Positions 28,749 through 37,432 of a stretch of DNA of 64,000 bases are shown piece by piece; position 1 is the stretch's first letter, and every line of letters begins with the position of its first letter. The notes beneath the pieces were generated by a model. That model searched no databases. It was not told where the DNA came from and worked only from the letters and a program-made list of their open reading frames with translations. The position numbers and the translations under genes were made by a program. Source of the DNA: Candidatus Latescibacterota bacterium (GTDB lineage: Bacteria > Latescibacterota > UBA2968 > UBA8231); NCBI GenBank assembly GCA_965200315.1, contig OZ241362.1, forward strand, positions 4,800,001 to 4,864,000, written 5' to 3'.

Positions 28749-30689
28749 TTACCATCCGTGCATGCGGTGTCCCTCGGCCGGGAACCAGATCAGATCCACT
28801 ACCATGGAAAAAATTACTCCAACCACATAACCGATGGCTAGGCCGTAGAACAGGGGTTTGCCGGCGATGTAGGCCTTGGTCCCGCCGTAGCGCAGCAGGA
28901 TTATTTTGACAATCCACACGATGAACAGACTGAACCAGTAGAGGCGGAGACCGAACGTGTGCTGGAAGGCCAGACCGATGGGATGGAGGGGGAACCAGTG
29001 GAAATAGCCGCGCAGCAGGGCGATGAGCGCGGCCTCGCCAAAGCCAAAGAACCACACCGCCCACTTGTTCAGGTCGGGCAGCATGGGATTGTTGAGCAGA
29101 TAGACCATATCTTCGAAGATCCAGTTGGCCTTGCCGCCGAGGAAAATCAGGCCACCCCCTTCATAGGCCAAGCTGATTGTCTCGACGGCCAATACGACGA
29201 ATCCGATGGGAAAGGCGATTAGGACCATCGCCGTCAGCCGTCCGGGCTGTCGCTCTAGGGAAAACAGGCGAAAGCAGTGGGGCAGCGCTGGCCAGGCCGG
29301 AATGCGGAAGGTGCCGAAGAAGGCATTGCTGGTGAACACCTTAAACGCCACTAGGCTGCGCGGCGACTGGAAGGCCGAACCGACTAGCTCGATGAGGAAG
29401 GAATCGCCTTTGATATGGGGCTTGTTGGGCAAGAGATAGGCAAAGCCAGTGGCGGCGACGAGTTTGGCTACGACGAAGTAGGTCAGCGTCATCAGCAGGA
29501 AACCGCCAATAGCCACGGGCAAGCTCATGCCCAGTTGCACTCCCCAGCCGATGACGCTGAGTGCCGACAGAATTAGGCCAGCCAAGGCCAGCCGGTAGAG
29601 CGCGACTTGGCGTGGCTCGCCCTCACCGCTGCACACTTGGTGCCACACTTGGCGCAAATGGCGTCGGGCCAGATAGATGGACCACAGGCCGATGAAGACT
29701 AGGGCGCCGTAGCTCTCCATGTAGATGATGTTTTGCGCCTCGGGTTGCTGGCCAGCGGCACCCACGGCAAAGCCACCGATGGAAAAGCCGGTCCGCTTCA
29801 TTAGGGCTATCTTGAGCGCGGCCAGCAAGTGGAAGAAAATCATGCTGCCGAGGATATCTACTGGACACAGATAGGTCACGGCCATGATCAGCGGCAGAAT
29901 GCGCACGGTCAGAAAAAAGTCCGGCGTCAAGTTAAGATCGTAGAATTTCCAGTAGAATTCGATGGGTGGCAGGCCTAGGGCGAAATAGGTGGCGATATTG
30001 TAGAGGATGGGCAGGAAAACCAAGGCGAAGCCAATCCAGAAGACGGGCTTGCGAAATAGCTCGGGCCGTTGCTTGTCCTCAAAGCCTTGAGTCAGGTCTA
30101 AGGGCATTTGCGCCAGCGGAAAGGTCAGCTTCTCGGCCTCGACCCACTGTTTGTGGAAAAGGGCCATTAGGCAGAAGCCAAAGACTACCATGCCCATAGA
30201 AACGCCGAGCCACTGGCCGATGGCTCCGATCCATCCGTCCCAAGGAATGGACGCCCCTTCGGACAGGCCAAACCAAAACGGATCGACTACCCGGGGAGAG
30301 GCATTGGCAAAGACGTGCCAGGGAAGGTAGGAGAAGAAGGTCTCATCCCACTGGTTCTCGGCCGTGGCGAAGTAACTTGGTGCCCCCACAATTGAGGTCC
30401 AGTAGGTCATCCAGCCCAACTGCGGAATCGTACCCACCACCCAGAGCATGGAGAACAGGGTCAGCAATTCGCCGCGGCTGAGTGCCAAGCGCGGCCAGAG
30501 TGCCCTGAGTGCCATATTGAGAAAGAGCCACAGCACAAAGGGCATGAAAGTGGCCATGGGGAATTGCGAGTGGACGTAGCTGCCTATGCCTAGGCGCTGG
30601 CCAACGTTGACTATGTAGTAGAAGTTGGCGGCTATGGTCAGGGCACCGAGGACAATAGCGTGCGCAGTGATCTGTGGCGGACCGCTCAT
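28749..30689 (-). CDS. Polytopic membrane protein, DUF6785/DUF6784 (OPT-like putative peptide transporter) family
   Basis: Many TM segments; 'QWVEAEKLTFPLAQMP', 'WFPLHPIG' and 'ILLRYGG...Y...KPLF.GL..G'. Confidence 0.75.
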   Translation of the reverse strand: MSGPPQITAHAIVLGALTIAANFYYIVNVGQRLGIGSYVHSQFPMATFMPFVLWLFLNMALRALWPRLALSRGELLTLFSMLWVVGTIPQLGWMTYWTSIVGAPSYFATAENQWDETFFSYLPWHVFANASPRVVDPFWFGLSEGASIPWDGWIGAIGQWLGVSMGMVVFGFCLMALFHKQWVEAEKLTFPLAQMPLDLTQGFEDKQRPELFRKPVFWIGFALVFLPILYNIATYFALGLPPIEFYWKFYDLNLTPDFFLTVRILPLIMAVTYLCPVDILGSMIFFHLLAALKIALMKRTGFSIGGFAVGAAGQQPEAQNIIYMESYGALVFIGLWSIYLARRHLRQVWHQVCSGEGEPRQVALYRLALAGLILSALSVIGWGVQLGMSLPVAIGGFLLMTLTYFVVAKLVAATGFAYLLPNKPHIKGDSFLIELVGSAFQSPRSLVAFKVFTSNAFFGTFRIPAWPALPHCFRLFSLERQPGRLTAMVLIAFPIGFVVLAVETISLAYEGGGLIFLGGKANWIFEDMVYLLNNPMLPDLNKWAVWFFGFGEAALIALLRGYFHWFPLHPIGLAFQHTFGLRLYWFSLFIVWIVKIILLRYGGTKAYIAGKPLFYGLAIGYVVGVIFSMVVDLIWFPAEGHRMHGW

Positions 30690-30816
30690 GGGCTACAGGG
30701 CTGTTGAAAATAGTAGGACATCAGTGCTTCAAATTGGTATAAAACCTGTGTTGTGGGAAGAAAGAATCTGTTTTAGAGTTAGCTGCTGTATTGCTGCTTC
30801 CCGAATCGCATAGAAT

Positions 30817-31968
30817 ATGGCTCGCTTGGTTCTTTTTTTTCTTCTCGCTGCCCCCACCAGCGCCCACGCTCAGGCTAAGGACGCTGCCGGGGCGGCCGCT
30901 ATTGCCCATCACAGCGCCAAGGTGCTCTTTGAGAAAGGCGACTTGGAGGGCGCGGTGCCGTTCTATCGCCGCGCCGTTGAACTCGACCCTCAGCGCCTCT
31001 CCGCCCACCTTGAACTGGGCGTCGCCCTCTTTCAACTCGGCGATGCGGACGGTGCGCTAACAGCATTCCGCACGGTCTTGCGCCTCGATCCCAAACACGC
31101 GCTGGCGCACAGCTACCTAGGCAATGTGCTGTACAGTCGCCGGGATGTCGAGGGTGCGGTGCGGTCCTATCGCCGCGCCATTGAACTCGACCCCGCGTTG
31201 GCCCAGGCCCACAGCGACCTAGGGGCCATCCTCTACGGACTGGGCGATGTGGAAGGGGCCATCGCCGCGTGCAGCCGGGCGATCGAACTTGAGCACGACC
31301 ACGTACAGGCGCTTTACAATCTAGGCTTGGCCCGCAAAAAAAAAGGCGATTCGGAGCAAGCGGCCCAATCCTTGCGGCGCGCCATTCAGGCTGATTCTAC
31401 TTATGTTCCAGCCCGCTACAGTCTGGCCTTGCTGCTTTATGAGCAGGGACATGCAGCAGAGGTTATTGCCCAGTACCGCCATATCATCTCCCTAGACCCC
31501 AAGCACAGTCGCGCCCACAACAATCTAGGTCACATCCTCTATAGCCGCGGTGATGTCATCGGTGCTATAGCACTCTTGCAACGCGCCCTCGAACTAAACC
31601 CCGACTATGCTCAAGCCCACTTCAATCTGGGTCTGGCCTACAAAAAGCAGGGGCGGATCGACGAGGCAGTGCAGGCGTTCGGTGCTGCTCTGCGCCTGCG
31701 CCCGGGCCATGTCCGCGCCTACAGCCACCTAGGTGCCGCGCTCTACGCCCGCGGCGATAGGGGTGCTGCGGTCCAAGTCTATCAGCAGGCCATCCGTCTC
31801 AAGCCCGACTTTGCTGGCCCGCGCTTTGGGTTAGCCACCATCCTGCAGGAGCAGGGCAATGAGGCAGCCGCCATCCAGCAGTACCGCGCCATTATCGACA
31901 TGGGCGACGATGAGCACTTGCAGCGCATGGCGCAACAAATCCTCCGCGCTATGGGAGAAAAACCATAG
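30817..31968 (+). CDS. Secreted tetratricopeptide repeat protein
   Basis: Signal peptide ending AHA; about 10 TPR units ('A..NLG','A.ELDP'). Confidence 0.9.
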   Translation: MARLVLFFLLAAPTSAHAQAKDAAGAAAIAHHSAKVLFEKGDLEGAVPFYRRAVELDPQRLSAHLELGVALFQLGDADGALTAFRTVLRLDPKHALAHSYLGNVLYSRRDVEGAVRSYRRAIELDPALAQAHSDLGAILYGLGDVEGAIAACSRAIELEHDHVQALYNLGLARKKKGDSEQAAQSLRRAIQADSTYVPARYSLALLLYEQGHAAEVIAQYRHIISLDPKHSRAHNNLGHILYSRGDVIGAIALLQRALELNPDYAQAHFNLGLAYKKQGRIDEAVQAFGAALRLRPGHVRAYSHLGAALYARGDRGAAVQVYQQAIRLKPDFAGPRFGLATILQEQGNEAAAIQQYRAIIDMGDDEHLQRMAQQILRAMGEKP

Positions 31969-31970
31969 GT

Positions 31971-33689
31971 TCAGTGCTTTACAGTGGCAATGTCTCGCCC
32001 TTCTTCTACTACTACAAAACGATCCCCCGCCACTTGGGTGTATTGGTCGATTAAACCGCTGGGCCAGCGGATTTCCAAGGTATCCGCTGCGACATTCGGC
32101 CCTAGTCCAAAAGTGAGCCACAGACTGTTGTGCGATAGGTAGCTCGAGCCGGCGGCCACTTCTCTGAGCTGTTGCTGGCCGCCAGCGACTAGGCGCACTC
32201 TGGCGCCGATGCCGTCGCGGTTGCTGTTGCGGCCCAAGGTGCGAACGGTTAGCCAGTGATTGCCGCTGGCAGTGTCGTTGCGCAGCAAGGTGGGCGCATC
32301 GTTTTTGTTGACCACGAAAATATCCTCGTCGCCGTCGCCGTCGTAATCGCCGACCGCAGTGCCCCGGCTCGACTTGACGATCTGCAGACCCGGACCGGCT
32401 TGTGCGCTCAGATCGACGAAGACAGTACCATCGTTGCGGAAGAGATTGTTCTTTTGGGCGTAGCTCGACTGCGGAAAATAGTCCTCTAGGGCCGCAGTAA
32501 CGTGGCCGTTGGCAATGAAGATATCTAGGTCGCCATCGCGGTCCCAGTCGAAGAAAGCCGTGCCCCACTGCAGCGGCATGAGCGTAGTGCGGGCGACGCC
32601 AGCGGCAAAGGAGATATTGGCGAAGGCGTGGCCGTCGTTGCGGTGGAGGGTGGCGGTCTGACCTTCGTAGTTGCTCACCGCTAGGTCTAGGTCGCCATCG
32701 TTGTCCCAGTCGCCAGCGGCCAGACCCATGCTGCCCTCGGGCCGTCCATCGCCGTCGTAGGCCACGCCCAAGGCCAAGGCTTCTTCGGCAAAGGTGGCGT
32801 CGCCTTGGTTGGTGTAGAGGAAGTTGGGAGTGGCGTCGTTGGCCACGTAGATATCCAGAAAGCCGTCGTCGTTCCAGTCTAGGAAGGTGGCTCCCAGCGT
32901 CTTGCCTAGAACGGCGTTGAGTCCGGCACTAGTGCTGACGTTGGCAAACGCGCCGTTGCCGTCGTTGCGATACAGCACATCGGGCTGGCCGGCAAATGCT
33001 TCGGGCGAGGCTACGCTGGCTACTCCGCGCTGGCCGCCGAAGAAACCGTCGCGCTGCTCGCCGGGCAGCAGGGTGGTCGCTGGATCGAAGACTACGTAAT
33101 TGCCCGCAAAAAGGTCTAGATCGCCGTCGTTGTCGTAGTCCCCGAAAGCGCAGGCCGTGCCGTAGCCCTCGTCGGCTACTCCGGCCAGTGCGCCGGTCTC
33201 GGCAAAGGCGCCGTTGCCTTGGTTGGCAAAGAGGAGATTGGGGCCGTAGTAGGTGATGTACAGGTCGGCGTCGCCGTCGTTGTCGTAGTCCCCGGCCACA
33301 CAGCCGGAGCCCCAGCCGCTGGCATCGGTACCAGTCTGTTGGCTGACATTGGCGAAGGTGCCGTCGCCCCGATTGCGAAACAGGGCGTTGCGCGGAACTT
33401 TGCCGTTGGCCGGCGGCGGCACATCGCGCGGCAGATCGGCATAGCGCGGCCCCGTAAAGCCCAGGCCACCGTTGACGATGTACAGGTCGAGCCGACCGTC
33501 GCCGTCGTAGTCGAAAAAGGCGGCACCCGATCCGGTCGTCTCTAGGATCGTGAGGGCGTTGTTGTTGCCGTACCAATTGCGGAAGACCAGCCCCGCCTCC
33601 CGGGTTGCATCGGCGAAGCGGGGCTGGGCATTGCAGATGGCAGCGCCGAGGAGAGCGGCTAGGAGCAGAAAATTGATTGTTGACGCCAG
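31971..33689 (-). CDS. CRTAC1 family (FG-GAP repeats + ASPIC/UnbV) secreted protein; probable CTG start
   Basis: Repeated 'GDYDNDGD.DL' and an ASPIC/UnbV tail 'NRDGIGARV...GSSYLS...FGLG...IRWPSG'. The frame stays open 89 codons upstream of the called ORF and includes a signal peptide and the first FG-GAP repeat. Confidence 0.88.
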   Translation of the reverse strand: MASTINFLLLAALLGAAICNAQPRFADATREAGLVFRNWYGNNNALTILETTGSGAAFFDYDGDGRLDLYIVNGGLGFTGPRYADLPRDVPPPANGKVPRNALFRNRGDGTFANVSQQTGTDASGWGSGCVAGDYDNDGDADLYITYYGPNLLFANQGNGAFAETGALAGVADEGYGTACAFGDYDNDGDLDLFAGNYVVFDPATTLLPGEQRDGFFGGQRGVASVASPEAFAGQPDVLYRNDGNGAFANVSTSAGLNAVLGKTLGATFLDWNDDGFLDIYVANDATPNFLYTNQGDATFAEEALALGVAYDGDGRPEGSMGLAAGDWDNDGDLDLAVSNYEGQTATLHRNDGHAFANISFAAGVARTTLMPLQWGTAFFDWDRDGDLDIFIANGHVTAALEDYFPQSSYAQKNNLFRNDGTVFVDLSAQAGPGLQIVKSSRGTAVGDYDGDGDEDIFVVNKNDAPTLLRNDTASGNHWLTVRTLGRNSNRDGIGARVRLVAGGQQQLREVAAGSSYLSHNSLWLTFGLGPNVAADTLEIRWPSGLIDQYTQVAGDRFVVVEEGRDIATVKH

Positions 33690-33712
33690 TGCCCTTACCC
33701 CCCTCGGCTAGT

Positions 33713-33749
33713 AAGAAGCCGTCTTGGAAAAGACCCAAGACGGCTTCTT
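33713..33749. terminator. Stem-loop downstream of the 33791-35665 gene
   Basis: Perfect 15-bp stem AAGAAGCCGTCTTGG / CCAAGACGGCTTCTT with a 7-nt loop. Confidence 0.7.
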
Positions 33750-33790
33750 TGAGGCTGCACGGAGCGAAGCCCCTGCGGTTTAGCGGAGCC

Positions 33791-35665
33791 TTATTTGAGG
33801 AAGGTCATTGCCCGCGATTCAACGAACGAGCCCGCCTCCATGCGGTAGTAATAAACGCCGCTGGAAACCAACTCGCCGCTGGCATCGCGCGCATCCCAAT
33901 CAGCCCGGTATTTGCCTGCGGTCATGGTCTGGTCGGCCAAGGTGGCCACCAACTGACCGGCGGCATTAAAGACTTGCAACTTCACGTGGGCTTCGGCATC
34001 GGGGATGGTAAACTCGATGACGGTGGTCGGGTTGAAGGGGTTCGGAGTGGCATTGCCCAGACTATACGCGTCGGGGGTGCTGGCGGCCACCTCTGCTATA
34101 GCGGTGGCGTCGGCACCCAACTTGCCCGAGGCCAAGGCCGTAGGCGTATAGAGCAGCAGGTGGGGGCCGTAGGGGTTAGAGGTCTCGTCGTCCCCATAGC
34201 CGTAGGAAAAGGTTTCTAAGCGCATGCCGTTTCTCGTATAGAGACCGTCGTAGGGACCGCCCTCCTGCAATAGGAGAAAACGGGTGCCTCCCGGCCGCAT
34301 CTGGCCCCAGCTAGCGGGGAATTCGATTTCAAAGGCGCAGGCACCGTCGCGCCCCAGTGCGCTTATGGTCGCCGCCCGGCTGCCAGCATTGATAAAGACG
34401 AGGTTGCTGGTTTTGTCGGCGGTGACGCCCAAGTTGTTTATTCTGGAACCGCCCAAGGCGCCGATGGCGGCGGCTTCTTCATTGGAAATAGCGTCGCCGC
34501 ACAAATCGCCGTTGCGGTTGGCCCACATCACATTGCCGTCGTGGTCTAAGCGCAGAATGGTCGGGTGGGCCCACGAAGAGACCCAGATGCCGTCGTCGGT
34601 CACCGAAATCTGAGCGGGGCCGTCGCCGCGGACGCCCTCGTTGCCGTCGTCATCGACTGTGATCGTGTTGTAGAATTCGGTTACATCGAATGCTTGGGTG
34701 ATTTCGCCGGTGGTTTTGTCGCGCACTTCAACGGCGTTGAAGGGGACCTCTTGCTTGCCCCACAGGGCGTTGAACACCACATCGCCTTTGGGCTGAAATT
34801 CGACGATGCGGTCGCCGTTGGTATTGGGCGACTGGCCGTTGGTGCCGAATTCGGTGACTCGATCCCAAGATTGAGCGGCGCGGTTAATGCGGATTTTGTA
34901 GAGCCCGCCGAACTCTTCGCGGCGATGGGAGGTCCAAAAAATCTCTGGGTCCTGATCGTCTATGCGCATGCCGCCAAAGGTGCGGGCACCCTCAAAGCCG
35001 AAGTCGAATCTCCAGCGCTCCCAAGCGTTGGGGTTGGCCAGATAGTCCGTGCCCAAGGTGCCGCGGACCATGTCGCCGGCCGTGTGGCCCCGGTCGGGGA
35101 CTTCGCGCTCGTATTCTTGGACCCAGATTTCGGGCGGATCCTGCGAGGTGTCAATATTGGGGGCAGTGAACCCCGTGGGGCCTGCCCCAGGACCGGCCAG
35201 AACCGGCCTGTCGAGGTTGTTGACCGCGACCACGTCGAACTCGTAGTCGCCGGCTCCCGCGGCATTGCCCTCCCAGTCGTTGCCGTCCCAAGTAACGGAG
35301 CCATCGCCGGCTTCGGAGACCTGACCTGGCGTGGTGGCGATGTACATATCTTGGGGCTCTAAACGCAGCCAAGCGCCGGCTGGTCCCCGCTCTCCAGTTT
35401 CGCTGCTGCCTTTGCGGTAGATCACTACCCAGACCGTGGCGCGTTGGTTGATGGTAAAGGGAATGTCCACGCTACCGTTGCCGTCGTAGGCCACATCGTG
35501 AGTGGAAACGGCCATTGGATTGAACTCACCGGAGATGTCAGGTAGCTCAAAGGCATCTCCATAGTCAGGGCCTTGAGGGAAGGTCTGCTCGTCCTGTGCC
35601 CACGTCGCACCGACGGCGAGTGCTGCTATTGACCAGCTAATGGCCAAAATGCGCAATTTACGCAT
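33791..35665 (-). CDS. Secreted protein with N- and C-terminal FlgD-Ig-like domains and a T9SS-type-A-like tail
   Basis: Signal peptide (TWA-Q); 'WDGNDWEG...GDY'; C-terminal 'LGNATPNPFNPTTVIEF...VFNAAGQLV..L...WDARDASG..VSSGVYYYRM...MTFLK'. Confidence 0.82.
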   Translation of the reverse strand: MRKLRILAISWSIAALAVGATWAQDEQTFPQGPDYGDAFELPDISGEFNPMAVSTHDVAYDGNGSVDIPFTINQRATVWVVIYRKGSSETGERGPAGAWLRLEPQDMYIATTPGQVSEAGDGSVTWDGNDWEGNAAGAGDYEFDVVAVNNLDRPVLAGPGAGPTGFTAPNIDTSQDPPEIWVQEYEREVPDRGHTAGDMVRGTLGTDYLANPNAWERWRFDFGFEGARTFGGMRIDDQDPEIFWTSHRREEFGGLYKIRINRAAQSWDRVTEFGTNGQSPNTNGDRIVEFQPKGDVVFNALWGKQEVPFNAVEVRDKTTGEITQAFDVTEFYNTITVDDDGNEGVRGDGPAQISVTDDGIWVSSWAHPTILRLDHDGNVMWANRNGDLCGDAISNEEAAAIGALGGSRINNLGVTADKTSNLVFINAGSRAATISALGRDGACAFEIEFPASWGQMRPGGTRFLLLQEGGPYDGLYTRNGMRLETFSYGYGDDETSNPYGPHLLLYTPTALASGKLGADATAIAEVAASTPDAYSLGNATPNPFNPTTVIEFTIPDAEAHVKLQVFNAAGQLVATLADQTMTAGKYRADWDARDASGELVSSGVYYYRMEAGSFVESRAMTFLK

Positions 35666-35772
35666 GGTGCCTCCTTGGTTCGAGGAAATAGTGAATAACT
35701 ACCTGCTGCAAAATCAGTAACTCAATAAAAATAAATAAGTTGAATTCTTAAATAGCCGAATTTCTTCGTAAG

Positions 35773-35801
35773 GAGATATGACTTTTGAACAAGCATGTCA
35801 A
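35773..35801 (-). promoter_or_regulatory. Sigma70-like promoter upstream of 35665
   Basis: TTGACA-17 bp-TATCTC on the minus strand in an AT-rich intergenic region. Confidence 0.45.
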
Positions 35802-35843
35802 GCATTTTGTTAAGAGGTTCTTGCCCCTGATTTTTATCGGCGA

Positions 35844-37394
35844 TCAGGCGGAATTTTTGAATTCGACACTGTAGAGCTCGCCGCAGCGCATCTGAAAGCC
35901 CAGCGAGATCGGCCCTTCGCCTTGGTGGCCCAAGTCGGCTTCGCCGTTCCAGGTCACTTCGCGATCTAGGTGGTCGCCCACTAGCCAATCGCAGTCCTCG
36001 AATGAGCGGCCGGGCAGGGGCTGGTACTTGCGGTCCATGACCTGCACCTTTACGCTGCCTCCGGGCACGGTCTTGAAGTTGAGGTGGACGCGGCGCTGCT
36101 CAACTGCTAGCTGAAAGGTTCTGAAGCGCCCCTCTACCGGTGCTTCCAAGGCAGCGAGCCGTCCCTTGGGCCACCCAGCCCAGGCAATGTGCCCGTGCGG
36201 GGGCTGGCGCAGATGCTTGTGAGGCTCTGGCGAGCCGCATATAGTGATGCCCATGCGCTCGCCGGGCAAAGGCACTAGGCCGACGCCGGCTGACACCGCC
36301 CCCTCGACCCATGTGCCCCCATCGCCGGGTTCGCACACTGGTCCGCCGGGCACGAAGTTCCACACCACATTGTCCGGGCTGGCGGCCAACACGAAGCTGA
36401 AGGAATCGTCGATCAAGCGCCAGCGCAGCGGGAACATGAGGTGGTAGTCGGTGGTGCCCGGCATTTTTGTTTTGGAATTGGCGTACCACAAATCGTAGGG
36501 TTCAGCCGCGGCGTTGGGCCAGAAGACTTCCTCGGACAGGGGTAGGCGGCGGAAATCTACAGAAGCAGTGCGACCGATGCTGCGGCGGTTGAAGAAATGG
36601 CTGCGGCAATAGGCCACGTACTGTCCCAGCACTGGATCGTACTCGCAGACATTGAGGGTGTCGCTGATTTGCGCGACGAGCGGATCGGGGATGGGCGTCC
36701 AGCTAAAGCCGTCGGGCGAGATGGCGCCGAACAGGCCATCCCACTTTTCTGCCTCCAGATTGAGCGCCCCCACCTCGCCGGGCCTCTGCTGCAGGTAGCG
36801 CTCCTTTTGCGCTGGGCTTAGCTGGCCTATGTAGATCATTTTGTAGCGCTCTTCTGAAGAGGCCGACTCATCCTTGAATACGGTAGCACCGTGCAGACCG
36901 GTCTCTTCGACTTGGGGCAGCCCGTAGACAATATTGTTGTCCTTGGAACCCTTGCGATCGATCCGGCCCTGCGCGGGAAAGCGCCAGTTTTCACCGTCGT
37001 CCGATTCGGCGTAGCAGATGTAGTCGGCGGCGCCTATGGGGTATTTTTCGTGGCCGACATGTTCGCCCGCGAACAATTCGTACCAGAGGCGGTAGCGCCC
37101 CTCTTCGCGGATTACGGTGCCGGGCCAGATAAAGCCTTCGTCCGCCGCTGGCAGGAGGAAAGGCTCGCTCTTAGTCGCTGGTTTGGCGCGCAGGCGGATG
37201 CCGGTGGGCATGTAATTCGGCTCGTGTATCAGCGGAGGTCTCTCGTCGTTGGTCCAGATGCGCAGCCATTGACCTTCGGCGTTGCGCCAGCCGGTCGAAT
37301 GACTGCCGTGATGGATGTAGCGCCAGTCGTGAAAGTAGATAATATTCGACGGCAATTTGTAGGGCGGGCGCTGGTTGCGGATGGGAGAAATCAC
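35844..37394 (-). CDS. Beta-propeller glycoside hydrolase-like protein
   Basis: 'RYRLWY', 'ICYAESDDGENW', 'ERYKM' and 'SPDGFSW'; same family as 20208-21704. Confidence 0.7.
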   Translation of the reverse strand: MISPIRNQRPPYKLPSNIIYFHDWRYIHHGSHSTGWRNAEGQWLRIWTNDERPPLIHEPNYMPTGIRLRAKPATKSEPFLLPAADEGFIWPGTVIREEGRYRLWYELFAGEHVGHEKYPIGAADYICYAESDDGENWRFPAQGRIDRKGSKDNNIVYGLPQVEETGLHGATVFKDESASSEERYKMIYIGQLSPAQKERYLQQRPGEVGALNLEAEKWDGLFGAISPDGFSWTPIPDPLVAQISDTLNVCEYDPVLGQYVAYCRSHFFNRRSIGRTASVDFRRLPLSEEVFWPNAAAEPYDLWYANSKTKMPGTTDYHLMFPLRWRLIDDSFSFVLAASPDNVVWNFVPGGPVCEPGDGGTWVEGAVSAGVGLVPLPGERMGITICGSPEPHKHLRQPPHGHIAWAGWPKGRLAALEAPVEGRFRTFQLAVEQRRVHLNFKTVPGGSVKVQVMDRKYQPLPGRSFEDCDWLVGDHLDREVTWNGEADLGHQGEGPISLGFQMRCGELYSVEFKNSA

Positions 37395-37432
37395 GGTGTT
37401 GTCCTTTGCCGAGAATGCGGCTTGGTTGCCAG

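Noticed and set aside
31336-31344. A9 tract in the TPR gene as a phase-variation switch
   Set aside because: In frame (Lys-Lys-Lys) with no evidence of variability from a single sequence.
32929-33738. 269-aa minus-strand ORF
   Set aside because: Alternative frame of the CRTAC1 gene, Arg-rich shadow.
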